DNA of 59,881 nt, counting the filler. It is 5 parts of 5 records of this genome, joined end to end, with 100 filler letters (N's around TTAATTAATTAA, not from the genome) between each part and the next. Parts side by side here need not be neighbours in the genome. Positions count along the whole stretch, not along the records: positions 16,697 to 24,421 come from SRR20825006_674; positions 24,522 to 40,105 come from SRR20825006_677; 3 more parts are not named here. One strand, 5' to 3'. Positions 21,044 through 31,334 of this stretch are shown in pieces; position 1 is the stretch's first letter, and each line of letters opens with the position of its first letter. The translations under genes and the position numbers were made by a program. The notes under the pieces were generated by a model, which searched no databases, was not told where the DNA came from, and worked only from the letters and a program-made list of their open reading frames with translations.

Positions 21044-21660
21044 TGGACGAATTAGAATTTTTAAAAAAAGACTGGCAGAAAAAGGAAAAAGAGCTTCCTA
21101 AGCTTTCCTATGAAACTATATATGCCATGATGTTGAAGAAATCTTCATCATCTATAAAATGGATTTTCTATATCAGTTTAATAGAGTTAGGCTTCGGTAT
21201 TCTAGTTGGTATATTTTATCATCCTTCTTTTGAAAAAGGAATTCCTTTGCCTTCAATAATAGACTATGTTACATATAGCTCTATGCTCGTTACCCTATAT
21301 TTTATCTTTCGTTTTTATAAAAATTACAAAAGAGTTTCTACAACTTCTACGGTTAAAGGCTTATTAGAAAGTATTATAAAAGCCCGTAGAACTGTTCGTC
21401 AATATATCATTTTTAACCTAACTTTTGCAGGAGTTTTAATGATAGCTTGTATTATTTATATTTATGTAATGCAGCAAGGAGGATGGAATTCTTTTGTTGC
21501 CAATGCGGACATAAAAGATTACTTAATAATTTTTGGAGTTTCCATTATTAGCACCGTATTTATTATTGGATTTTTCTTAGGAATCTACTATTTACTTTAT
21601 GGAATTTTAATGAGAAGGTTAAAAAGAAACTATAACGAACTCAAAAAAATGGAAGTTTAA
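21043..21660 (+). CDS. Membrane protein, putative anti-sigma factor
   Basis: Translationally coupled to the ECF sigma; MDELEFLKKDW N-terminus; 4 TM helices. Confidence 0.65.
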   Translation: MDELEFLKKDWQKKEKELPKLSYETIYAMMLKKSSSSIKWIFYISLIELGFGILVGIFYHPSFEKGIPLPSIIDYVTYSSMLVTLYFIFRFYKNYKRVSTTSTVKGLLESIIKARRTVRQYIIFNLTFAGVLMIACIIYIYVMQQGGWNSFVANADIKDYLIIFGVSIISTVFIIGFFLGIYYLLYGILMRRLKRNYNELKKMEV

Positions 21661-22195
21661 TTATGAAATAAGCAAAGAGAATCTAATTTGACAATTATTA
21701 TACTTTTGAAGTGAAAATGTGGCTATCTAAAAGGTATTTTTCAGTTATCAAACCAAGCTTATCCAAGTTTTACAACTAACACACAAAACCATCCTTTAGC
21801 AAAAACTAGCATAAGAACTCTGGTTAGCTAATGAAAGTTATAAAACCTAAAAAACCTACAAAATTGTAAGGTTTTAAAGCATGTTTTTAATTCTGTAAAG
21901 CTTCTACATAAATAATCTACTAACTCGGGGCGAGCATAGGAAATATTCAAAGCAAACAAATTTAACTCATTTCGACACAGGGTCCTTTGGCAAACTAAGG
22001 ACAGACTTTTAGGAAATTAGCCCCTCATTAAGATTAAAATACTAAATACCCGCTACTGAGTAAATTACAACAAAAACAAGTGTAAGTAGGATAAACCATA
22101 CTCAATATGTGAAAAAATAAATCTTTCTAGATAACTTGTTACTTTTTCAGGTTGTATTTAACATCAGAATAATACAAACTAATTATTTTTTATAT

Positions 22196-22203
22196 TAAAT
22201 TTG
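22196..22203 (+). promoter_or_regulatory. Bacteroidetes -7 promoter box (TAAATTTG) for the TPR histidine kinase
   Basis: Exact TAnnTTTG match 20 bp upstream of ATG 22224. Confidence 0.6.
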
Positions 22204-22223
22204 AGGTTGATACAAGTCCCCGA

Positions 22224-24269
22224 ATGAATTACCGACTATTTATAACATTATTTTGTTTATTAATTTGCTCTGTCAGTTTTTGTCAGAAGCAAAATATAGA
22301 TAGTCTATATAAAATAGTTGCGCAACAAAAGAAACTTCCTTTAGCGCAAAAAAAAGACACCTCCTACATAAATCTTCTTAACAGATATGTACTTAGCAAC
22401 TATTATATTAGCAATGATACTATAAAACATTATGCAGAAGAAAGCTTAAAATTATCTGAGGCTATTGATTATAAAAGTGGAGAAATTGAATCTTTAATAA
22501 ATTTAGGATTTTATGAAAGTGAAATCGGAAATTACAAAGAAGCTATTAAGTATGCGGAGCGAGCCCTTGAAAAAGCTATGGCTTTAAACCAGCTTAAAAA
22601 TATACTAATAGCATACAGTAATTTAGCCACATTTTATGAATACTCCGGAGATATAAAAAAATCTGTTGAAGCCAGTTTAAAAGGAATAAGCATGGGTGAG
22701 AATGAGGCTAAAAAAACAGAAACTGAACTTTTATATTTAGGTTTGATATATGAAAATTTAGGCATCACATATGGAATGCAGCAAGAGTTTAAAAAGGCTC
22801 TAGATTTTTTATACAAAGCACAAGAAATAAACAAACATACAAATAGTGAATTAGCAAGTGCACAAACGTTAAGTAATATTGCTAGCTTTCAGTTAAAAAC
22901 CAAAGAATATACAAAAGGTATAGAAAACATAGAAAAATCTATTCTTACTTTTAAGGAGTTGGGATTTGGAGATTGGTTGGCATATGCATTAAAAGTAAAA
23001 GGACAATTATATGTTGAAATAAATAAATACGAAGAAGCACTAGATATATTTATGCAATCGCTTTCTTTATACGAAAAAATTGAAGACAAGAGAGAGAAAA
23101 CATCTTTGTTAAATGGAATTGCCAAGACCTACAATGGGATGCAAGAATATGATCTTGCAAAAATTTATGCTGAAGAAGGACTAAAATCTGCTAAAGAATT
23201 AAATTCTTTTGAAGATATTAAAGAGTGTTCCGAAACTCTTTATAAAGTTTATAAAAGAAAGCTAGATTTTGAGCATGCATTATTTTATTACGAGCAATTT
23301 AAAAGTTACAATGACAGTATTTTTAACAATGAAAACACAAAGAGTATAGCTGCTCATGAAGCTCAAATGTCTTTCATTGCTATGGAAAATGAATTGAGAT
23401 TAGACAATCAAAAGCAGCATAATAAACAACGCCTCTTTATGTATCTCTCCACAGGCGGGGTAATTATTTTATTAACCGTACTTTTCTTTACCCAGAGAAG
23501 TAGAAAAGTAGAGCGAAAATTAAATGGGTTACTGGCAAATAAGAATCACGAACTCAAAAAGAGAGAGCAAGAGCTTCAGAGTCTCAATGAAACTAAGAAT
23601 AAATTCTTTTCTGTAATTGCACACGATTTACGGGCTCCTATAGCCTCTCTAAACTCGCTTATTGATTTATTAAAAGACAATCAGATATCGCCGAAAGATT
23701 TTATGCAATTTGCTCCTAAACTAAGCGAGCAGGTAAAAAGCGTCTCTTTTACATTAAATAATTTATTGGTATGGGGACAAGCACAGATGAAAGGTGCTAT
23801 TTCCAATCCTGTAGAAAGTAAATTGGGGGCTTTTGCAAAAGATTCCAGTTCATTATTAAAAGGATTGGCACATAAAAAAGATATTACTATTAATAATAAA
23901 ATACCTGATGAAGCTAAAGTTTTTGTGGATGAAGATCAGGTAAATATGGTCTTTAGAAACCTTATTAATAACGCTATTAAATTTACACCTACAAATGGCA
24001 TTATAGAGGTTTTAGCAACAGAAAATGATAGTTTTTGGCAAGTAGAAGTCAGAGATAGTGGTGTTGGGATCTCTCAAGAAGAAATAGACAGCATCTTATC
24101 CAATAAAACACAATTCAACTCTACCTACGGAACCGATAATGAAAAAGGAACCGGATTAGGACTTAATCTTTGTAAGGAAATGATTAAGAAGAATAAGGGC
24201 AAGTTATGGATTGAATCTACAGTAAATAAAGGAACCAGCTTCTTTTTTACACTTCCTAAAATGAGTTAG
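22224..24269 (+). CDS. TPR-repeat sensor histidine kinase (orphan)
   Basis: Signal peptide, TPR repeats, TM helix, AHDLRAP H-box, NLINNAIKF N-box, DSGVG and GTGLGL G-boxes. Confidence 0.92.
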   Translation: MNYRLFITLFCLLICSVSFCQKQNIDSLYKIVAQQKKLPLAQKKDTSYINLLNRYVLSNYYISNDTIKHYAEESLKLSEAIDYKSGEIESLINLGFYESEIGNYKEAIKYAERALEKAMALNQLKNILIAYSNLATFYEYSGDIKKSVEASLKGISMGENEAKKTETELLYLGLIYENLGITYGMQQEFKKALDFLYKAQEINKHTNSELASAQTLSNIASFQLKTKEYTKGIENIEKSILTFKELGFGDWLAYALKVKGQLYVEINKYEEALDIFMQSLSLYEKIEDKREKTSLLNGIAKTYNGMQEYDLAKIYAEEGLKSAKELNSFEDIKECSETLYKVYKRKLDFEHALFYYEQFKSYNDSIFNNENTKSIAAHEAQMSFIAMENELRLDNQKQHNKQRLFMYLSTGGVIILLTVLFFTQRSRKVERKLNGLLANKNHELKKREQELQSLNETKNKFFSVIAHDLRAPIASLNSLIDLLKDNQISPKDFMQFAPKLSEQVKSVSFTLNNLLVWGQAQMKGAISNPVESKLGAFAKDSSSLLKGLAHKKDITINNKIPDEAKVFVDEDQVNMVFRNLINNAIKFTPTNGIIEVLATENDSFWQVEVRDSGVGISQEEIDSILSNKTQFNSTYGTDNEKGTGLGLNLCKEMIKKNKGKLWIESTVNKGTSFFFTLPKMS

Positions 24270-24421
24270 TTTACGGTTTAGGGCAAACTAAAAACTCTCA
24301 AAAGAATGCAAAAATCTATACTCTTTTCTCTTTATTCTATATTCTTCTCTTCTTTAACTCATTAACTTTTTGACTCAAAGTAGCAAAGGTTCAAAGGGAC
24401 AAAGATGTCAATTTGAAGATT

Positions 24422-24521
24422 NNNNNNNNNNNNNNNNNNNNNNNNNNNNNNNNNNNNNNNNNNNNTTAATTAATTAANNNNNNNNNNNNNNNNNNNNNNN
24501 NNNNNNNNNNNNNNNNNNNNN
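24422..24521. other. Artificial contig linker
   Basis: 44 N + TTAATTAATTAA + 44 N. Confidence 0.98.
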
Positions 24522-24650
24522 GGGAATAAAACCCTCAATGAGGGATTTAAACAAAATACTATTACCCCAAAATCCCTTCAATAAGCTGAGGACACTATTT
24601 AGAGTTTTAATACTTTTTAGACAGTCACATTTATAGTAGCTCTAACTATA

Positions 24651-27440
24651 TTAATATCCTTTATTATAATCTTTTTCTTTTGCAGGCCTTCCTTTTTCCA
24701 TCCATGTTGGAGCTGCTTCTCCTTTTAAATAATGATTAAAAAACTGCATCATTCTAGTAGATAAATCTTTTCTATTTCCCCAACTATCTCCTTTTAAGTT
24801 ATGAGGTTCATTATTGTAAGAAAGCATCCAAACTGGCTTGTCTAATCTTCGTAACGCAACAAAAAACTCGATTCCTTGATACCATGGTACAGCACCATCA
24901 TCATCGTTATGCATCATTAAAAGTGGCGTTGTAATATTTGGAGCTTTAAAAAGTGGGGAATTCTCTACGTATAAATCAAATTTATCCCAAAGGGTTCCGC
25001 CAATTCTACTTTGTGTATGCTCGTATTGAAACATTCTACTCATACCACTTCCCCAACGAATTCCTCCGTAAGCACTCGTCATGTTACTTACAGGCGCACC
25101 AGCCATTGCTGCTGCAAATTTATCAGTTTTAGTAATAATATAAGCTGTTTGATAACCTCCCCAGCTTTGCCCTTGTAATGCTAAATTATTGCTATCTATA
25201 AAGCTATATTTAGCCTCCATAGCTTCCACTCCACTTACTATACAGTTATAAGCACTTTCTCCTGGATGCCCTTCTTTATATATAATGTCTGGAACAAAAA
25301 CCACATAATCGTTACTTGGGTAAAACACTTTATTAATAGTAGAACGACTAGGAGTTGGACTGTAAAAACGATGGTAGGTATCTGATAATCTTTCATAGAA
25401 ATAAGACACCAATGGATATTTTTTATTGGGATCTAAATTTTCTGGAACGTACAATAAACCTTGTAATTCTACCCCATCATAATTAGTCCACTTCTCTAAA
25501 GTTACTTTTCCCCATTTATAGTTTTCTAACTGTTGTTGTCCGTTTGTTACTTGTACAGGATTTTTAAATGAAAGATCCGTTTTCCATAAATCGGGGTACA
25601 ATGTATAAGCTTCTTTTGTATAAATTAAAGTTGTTGCATTTTTTGCTTTTAGCGGATATCCAAAACTAAAATTGTCTAAAACAAGAACTTCTGGAGCTTT
25701 CTCTTTTTGCAAATTTGTATACGCATATCCAGCTTTTTTATCTGTTTCATTAAATACGGACAAAAGTGCCTTTTTAGTATCTATAAATTCTTCTTCTCTA
25801 TCCAATTGTAGGTATCTATACTCTGTAGTATTTATCCTTCCGTTTTTTGTTACATTTTTTGGCTTGTCTTTTCCTGAAGGATCAATCTTCCAAATATCAT
25901 ATCGATCATAAATAAACACAGCTTCATCGTCTTCCGACCAACCTGCTACTCCGTATGGTCTTGGGTCATTTGGAGAATCGTTTAGCTCATCATAAAAAGC
26001 AACGTCAATATTTTTGGTAAGCGGCAAATGCTTCTGAGTAACAATATCAATAGAATAATACACACTATCTTTTCTGTTGTAATACACAGCATACTTTTGA
26101 GAAGGTCCTAACCAAATTCGGTTTTGCGCTTCCAACATTTTAGTTTTGGTTCCTTCTTCTGTATCTACTAAATAAAAATCGTTTAAAAATAAAGCCGACC
26201 AAGAAGAGGCTCTTTTGTACTTATCATCGGTACTACCGATAGCATATTTTGGATTTCCATCTTCATAAATTCTTAAATCTGGAACCAAAGTATCTGCTAA
26301 CTGAACAGCCTTATTTTTCTCAAAATCATATACTGCTAAATACGTTTTTTTCTGGTCTTTCTTTACATTTAACTTCTGCATAGGTTGCAATTCGGTATCT
26401 GTCCAAGACCAAACATCCAATCGTTCCCTTTCCGCATTCAAAAGCGTATCTTTTTTATGGATAACCTTTGCTTCGGCAGTTCCAAAATACATTCGCTTAC
26501 TGTCGTCAGAAAAATAAATATTTTGATTTTCTGAAGGAAGCCAACCTTTTGGCAATCCTTTTATACTAGCTTCATTAAAAGACTTTACATTATCTTGCTT
26601 TCCAACAAACAACTCATAGTTTTTAATATCGGTAGTGTCCTTAGAAAGTAAAAACGCCAAACGAGTTCCTTTTTTATCTAAAACTGTCTGTTTAATTATT
26701 CCTTCTGAAGAAAAAATAGTATCTGCTTTTTTAGTCTCCCCATCAAAATTTACTAAAGTAGAATGAGTCCCTATTGAATCTTTTTCTTCCTGACTAATTA
26801 ATAATTTGTTAGCAGATTTTGACCAAGTATATGCTACTACATTTTTAAAAACAATACTGTCTTTTTCTAACGGATTAAAAACTACCAAAATGGTATCATT
26901 TTTAGTCTTTTCTTTCTTCTTTATTTTTTTTCCAGAAGTAAGACTATCGTTTTCTACTGAAAGGGTATCTTTTATTGCCTTGACAATTGTTTTGTATGCT
27001 AACCAATTTCCTCCTTCTTCAGGAAGTTTAAAACCGTTATTATTAGCATATTTTATTGTTTTTTGAGATTGCAATAAATACACTCCTAAAGAATCTTTAA
27101 GTAGCTTGCTCTTTTTTGTTTTCTCGGTCTCTTCTTTTCGGCGGATATCTATAGGTGCTTTTATTTTAAAAGCAACAAAATTACTATTCCCATTTATAGT
27201 GGCATTATAACCTCTCGGAATAGAATCTGTTTTTCCTGTTTTTAGATTTGTAATTACCAGTGTTCCATCTCCCATTCCTGGGTTGTATTCGTACACTAAA
27301 TAATTTCCATTTTCTGAAATTTCTCTATTATCTATTTGTTTCCAGGTATCAAAATCGGCAATTGTAATTGATTTTTTTTGCGCAGTGAGGGAAACGGTTA
27401 ATAGGAATACTGATACTAAGGAGAGTAGGTTTTTTATCAT
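24651..27440 (-). CDS. S9 family (prolyl oligopeptidase-like) exported peptidase
   Basis: Signal peptide, beta-propeller region, GQSWGGY nucleophile, DDDGAV, EPH. Confidence 0.92.
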   Translation of the reverse strand: MIKNLLSLVSVFLLTVSLTAQKKSITIADFDTWKQIDNREISENGNYLVYEYNPGMGDGTLVITNLKTGKTDSIPRGYNATINGNSNFVAFKIKAPIDIRRKEETEKTKKSKLLKDSLGVYLLQSQKTIKYANNNGFKLPEEGGNWLAYKTIVKAIKDTLSVENDSLTSGKKIKKKEKTKNDTILVVFNPLEKDSIVFKNVVAYTWSKSANKLLISQEEKDSIGTHSTLVNFDGETKKADTIFSSEGIIKQTVLDKKGTRLAFLLSKDTTDIKNYELFVGKQDNVKSFNEASIKGLPKGWLPSENQNIYFSDDSKRMYFGTAEAKVIHKKDTLLNAERERLDVWSWTDTELQPMQKLNVKKDQKKTYLAVYDFEKNKAVQLADTLVPDLRIYEDGNPKYAIGSTDDKYKRASSWSALFLNDFYLVDTEEGTKTKMLEAQNRIWLGPSQKYAVYYNRKDSVYYSIDIVTQKHLPLTKNIDVAFYDELNDSPNDPRPYGVAGWSEDDEAVFIYDRYDIWKIDPSGKDKPKNVTKNGRINTTEYRYLQLDREEEFIDTKKALLSVFNETDKKAGYAYTNLQKEKAPEVLVLDNFSFGYPLKAKNATTLIYTKEAYTLYPDLWKTDLSFKNPVQVTNGQQQLENYKWGKVTLEKWTNYDGVELQGLLYVPENLDPNKKYPLVSYFYERLSDTYHRFYSPTPSRSTINKVFYPSNDYVVFVPDIIYKEGHPGESAYNCIVSGVEAMEAKYSFIDSNNLALQGQSWGGYQTAYIITKTDKFAAAMAGAPVSNMTSAYGGIRWGSGMSRMFQYEHTQSRIGGTLWDKFDLYVENSPLFKAPNITTPLLMMHNDDDGAVPWYQGIEFFVALRRLDKPVWMLSYNNEPHNLKGDSWGNRKDLSTRMMQFFNHYLKGEAAPTWMEKGRPAKEKDYNKGY

Positions 27441-27587
27441 GAAACTTTTTTTTTAAAATACTTGAATAGCGCACAAGATACCTAAATTAGGAATAATGGT
27501 CAATCGTAAAAAAATAATTCCTAGTAGGTATTTTTATGAAATACTCATTAACATTTTTATCAAATCAACTTATTTGATAATTGGGAA

Positions 27588-28391
27588 TTAATATTCCCAT
27601 TGCCTTGTTTTATTAAGGTCTTCCATTTCTGCAATAGCTTGTTCTGGAATTACCTTTAAGAAAGAAGGATGCTGCTCAATTGCATATTCAATTTTTTCGA
27701 CAATCTCATTTATAGATTCATTTTCATAATCTATTTCCAAAGGCTCTTTAATAACCATCGACTGAAGAATTCCTTTTTTCTTAACACGAAGTCCTTTTTT
27801 ATCAAAAGACCTTCTAAATCCGTCTATAACAACAGGAATTACAATAGGTTTATATTGTTTTATAATATGTGCAGTTCCCTTCCGAATGGGTTTCCAAGGT
27901 TTTGTAGTCCCTTGCGGGAAGGTTATTACCCAGCCATCGTCTAAGGCTTTTTTTATATTAGAAATATCACTAAACTTTACCTGTCTGTTTACCTCTTTCC
28001 CATCTGCTCTCCAAGTACGTTCAATACTTATAGATCCTGCATATGCCAATATTTTTGGTAGAAATCCAGATTTCATGGTTTCTTTTGCTGCCACATAATA
28101 AATATTCAATTTAGGCTGCCACAAATAAGTAACATCTTTTATAGAATCTCCACGACCGCTCAAGCTTGCATTAAAAACATGAAACATAGCTACAACATCT
28201 GCAAAGTATGTTTGATGATTTGAAATAAATAAAACCCCTGTTTCAGGAAGATTTTTAATAATTTCCGACCCTTCAATTTGCAACTCATTAAACCCACGAT
28301 AACGACGGTGGGTTAATAAACCTGCAATACGAATAAGCCATTTTTTTAAAAATAATATATGTCCGAAAGGATTTTTCTTAAACAATCCCAT
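27588..28391 (-). CDS. PlsC-family lysophospholipid acyltransferase
   Basis: NHQTYFAD (HxxxxD) and FPQGT motifs. Confidence 0.88.
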   Translation of the reverse strand: MGLFKKNPFGHILFLKKWLIRIAGLLTHRRYRGFNELQIEGSEIIKNLPETGVLFISNHQTYFADVVAMFHVFNASLSGRGDSIKDVTYLWQPKLNIYYVAAKETMKSGFLPKILAYAGSISIERTWRADGKEVNRQVKFSDISNIKKALDDGWVITFPQGTTKPWKPIRKGTAHIIKQYKPIVIPVVIDGFRRSFDKKGLRVKKKGILQSMVIKEPLEIDYENESINEIVEKIEYAIEQHPSFLKVIPEQAIAEMEDLNKTRQWEY

Positions 28392-28446
28392 TACTAATAG
28401 TTATATGCTAGTGTTAACAAAGTTTCAAAAATACAAAATCTTAACC

Positions 28447-29088
28447 TTAGATTAGCTTTTTAAACATTTCTTTAACCTCATTAAGCATCATTGCAGTAGC
28501 ACCCCATACCGTATAATTGTTTAATTTAAAGGCAGGTACGTTTATATTTTTAGCATAAGAAGTGGTTAAATTTTCTTCAAAAAGAGCCTTATCATTCATA
28601 AAGTCAGAAAATGAAACTTCAATAATCTCTTCTACCTCATCTTCTTGTAATGTAAATTCTAATTTTTCTGTAGAAATCCCCACAAATGGTTGTACTAAAA
28701 AATTACTTGGAGGGATATATATTTCTGACATTCTCTTAATCAACTCTATTTTATTTGGAGATACTCCTACTTCTTCCCAAGTTTCTCTTAATGCAGTTTC
28801 TTCAATATTTTTATCTGAAAGCTCTACTTTTCCTCCTGGAAAACCTACTTGATTAGAATGTACGCCATTATAGGTTTTACGAAGAATTAATAAAAGTCTA
28901 GTTTTTAACGCATCATCTGGATAAAAAAGACTTACAACTCCTGCTCTTCTCGGGTTTTTATCTTCAATATTTATAGTATCTAATGTCTCCATTCTAGTTA
29001 AAGGAGCCATTTTATAATGAGATTCTTGCCCTGGTAGTGGCAGATTTTTTATTTTTGGAACTAAATCGTAAAAATCAGCAAATTTCAT
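28447..29088 (-). CDS. Nudix CoA pyrophosphatase (likely start ATG 29088)
   Basis: HSNQVGFPGGK, ALRETWEEVG Nudix box, VWGATA. Confidence 0.92.
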   Translation of the reverse strand: MKFADFYDLVPKIKNLPLPGQESHYKMAPLTRMETLDTINIEDKNPRRAGVVSLFYPDDALKTRLLLILRKTYNGVHSNQVGFPGGKVELSDKNIEETALRETWEEVGVSPNKIELIKRMSEIYIPPSNFLVQPFVGISTEKLEFTLQEDEVEEIIEVSFSDFMNDKALFEENLTTSYAKNINVPAFKLNNYTVWGATAMMLNEVKEMFKKLI

Positions 29089-29817
29089 ATGCAATATTAT
29101 ACAGTTCGAGCATTTACAATAATACTATTATTTATTTTATCTAGTTGTGGAGATTCAGCAAAAAAAACTAAGAGCTCTTCAGCAGAAAAAGTCAAAGATA
29201 CCACTGTAATAGATTCAGCAAAAATAAAAGAAACGCAACAAAAAAAAGAAGAAGAAAAGCCATTTGTACTGACAGAAGATAATGCTATTCCATTTTTCTT
29301 TGAATATCAAAAAGAACATACAGAACACATAGTTAAAATAAACACTTCTATGGGAAGTTTTGTTGTGGATTTATACAACCAAACGCCCTACCACAGAGCT
29401 AATTTTATTTATCTAACCAAGAAAAAATATTTTAATAATACCTATTTCCACCGTGTAGTTAAGAATTTTATTATTCAAGGAGGAAATACAGATATGATGT
29501 CTACCGCTAAAAAAAGAGATAGCATTGGGTTTTATTTGCTTCCTCCAGATACTAAAAAGGGACTAAAACACAACCGCGGAGTTATGTCTATGCCTAGTAG
29601 TGATGATGTTGCAAACCCTCATAAACTAGCATCTCCATTTGAGTTTTTTATAGTTACTGCTAAGAATGGGGCACACCATTTAGATGGTAAATATACTGCT
29701 TTCGGAAGGGTAATCTCTGGAATGGATGTTGTAGATAAAATTAATAATGTTCCTGCTGGAAAAGACGAATGGCCTCTAAAAAATGTACTTATTAAATCGG
29801 TTGAAATTTTGGAATAA
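29089..29817 (+). CDS. Cyclophilin-type peptidylprolyl isomerase lipoprotein
   Basis: Lipobox LSSC; FHRVVKNFIIQGG, HLDGKYTAFGRV. Confidence 0.9.
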   Translation: MQYYTVRAFTIILLFILSSCGDSAKKTKSSSAEKVKDTTVIDSAKIKETQQKKEEEKPFVLTEDNAIPFFFEYQKEHTEHIVKINTSMGSFVVDLYNQTPYHRANFIYLTKKKYFNNTYFHRVVKNFIIQGGNTDMMSTAKKRDSIGFYLLPPDTKKGLKHNRGVMSMPSSDDVANPHKLASPFEFFIVTAKNGAHHLDGKYTAFGRVISGMDVVDKINNVPAGKDEWPLKNVLIKSVEILE

Positions 29818-29954
29818 GCTGCCTCGATATAAGCACACAAAGTATTTTAAAAAAAGCATTGTGGTTTTGAGAAAGCCTCGTAGCATTTATACCTCGATAC
29901 CCATTCAAGCAAAGTCGGGTAAATAAATCCTTTTGGTATTCAAATAAAATACAT

Positions 29955-30560
29955 TTATTTTTTATAAACGGTAGGCAATTCTAATTTGTATTTAACTGCT
30001 AACAAACGCACCACAATTACAACAATAATTGGAATGGCAAAAACAATATTACTTTTAATATCAAAAAGTGTCAATATAAAATAACTTACTCCACCAAGAA
30101 TACATGCGGTGGCATAGATTTCTTTTCTAAATATAACGGGAATTTCATTACAAAGTATGTCTCTTAATACTCCTCCAAAACATGCACTTATTGTTCCTAA
30201 AGCAATGCACATAATTGGATGAAGACCAGCCGCTACACCTTTTTCAACACCTACAACTGTATACAAACCAATTCCAATAGTATCAAATAAAAAAAGAGAA
30301 AGATTAAAATATTTTAATTTACTTCTAAAAATTATAGCTAATATAACGGTTCCTATAACTACAAACATATAGGTGGTATTAATTAACCAAGTTACAGGAG
30401 AAATTCCTAATAATACATCTCGAATAGTTCCGCCGCCCAGTGCTGTTACAAAACCTATAATAAAAATCCCAAAGGGATCCAGTCGCTTATTCATGGCTAC
30501 CATAACTCCTGATATTGCAAAAGCAACTGTTCCTAATAAATCTATTAAATAATAAAACAT
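29955..30560 (-). CDS. Trimeric intracellular cation channel (UPF0126) family membrane protein
   Basis: GTVAFAISG, GGGTIRD, GGVLRD repeats. Confidence 0.9.
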   Translation of the reverse strand: MFYYLIDLLGTVAFAISGVMVAMNKRLDPFGIFIIGFVTALGGGTIRDVLLGISPVTWLINTTYMFVVIGTVILAIIFRSKLKYFNLSLFLFDTIGIGLYTVVGVEKGVAAGLHPIMCIALGTISACFGGVLRDILCNEIPVIFRKEIYATACILGGVSYFILTLFDIKSNIVFAIPIIVVIVVRLLAVKYKLELPTVYKK

Positions 30561-31303
30561 TACATGTGTTGGGTAAAGTAGTTATAATCTTTTAAAACAG
30601 TTTTCACAAAGGCATGGGTATTATTGTGAACGGATTGTATGCCTGTTACTTCTTCTATCTTACTTTTTAGCTTTAGCATAGTTTGATGGTCGGATGCCTT
30701 TCTAGCTACTTCATAAGTTTCTTTTATAATTCTAGCATCATTGTCGGATAACTTAATAACCATTGGATATGTTGGTTTATAGTCTTCTGATAAATTTTCT
30801 AAAATAGTATGATTAATAGTTACCTTATTTTTTAAGGTAATTACAGAAGTTCCCGCAGTAATATCTCCCAATCGCTGACTCTTATCACTTACAATTATAG
30901 AAATCAATCCTATAATTCCACTCATCATATTAATGTCTATAATTCTAAAAAACCATCGCACTACATAATCTGGAAAAGATGCTTGATATCCATCTATTTT
31001 TACCACTTTTATTTTTAAGGCTCTCTTTCCTATAGTTTGACCTTCTAATAACGATTCAAAAAGTAAGGTATAAAATACTACAGGAAGTAAAAACAATAAT
31101 ATAATTGCCATTTGCGACCAATCGTCCATAGCCTGCATTGTTTCCCACAACCCTGATAAATGAAAAATAAAATAAGCTATGGTAGAAACATAGGCTATTT
31201 TAATAAGAAAGTCTGTTGCATATGCCAGAATTCGTTCTCCCACCGATGCTGCTGTAAACATTATGTTTACATTTTGTGTTGTGTTAATTTGTAACTCTGA
31301 CAT
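30560..31303 (-). CDS. RDD family protein
   Basis: ERILAYATD, GQTIGK, QRLGD motifs. Confidence 0.9.
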   Translation of the reverse strand: MSELQINTTQNVNIMFTAASVGERILAYATDFLIKIAYVSTIAYFIFHLSGLWETMQAMDDWSQMAIILLFLLPVVFYTLLFESLLEGQTIGKRALKIKVVKIDGYQASFPDYVVRWFFRIIDINMMSGIIGLISIIVSDKSQRLGDITAGTSVITLKNKVTINHTILENLSEDYKPTYPMVIKLSDNDARIIKETYEVARKASDHQTMLKLKSKIEEVTGIQSVHNNTHAFVKTVLKDYNYFTQHM

Positions 31304-31334
31304 TTTCTTACTTAATTTAAACTTTTTATTCTAC

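Noticed and set aside
21927-22024. c-di-GMP or other known riboswitch (GGCAAAC motif)
   Set aside because: Lacks the GAAA tetraloop/receptor and second-stem consensus; kept only as a weak sRNA candidate.
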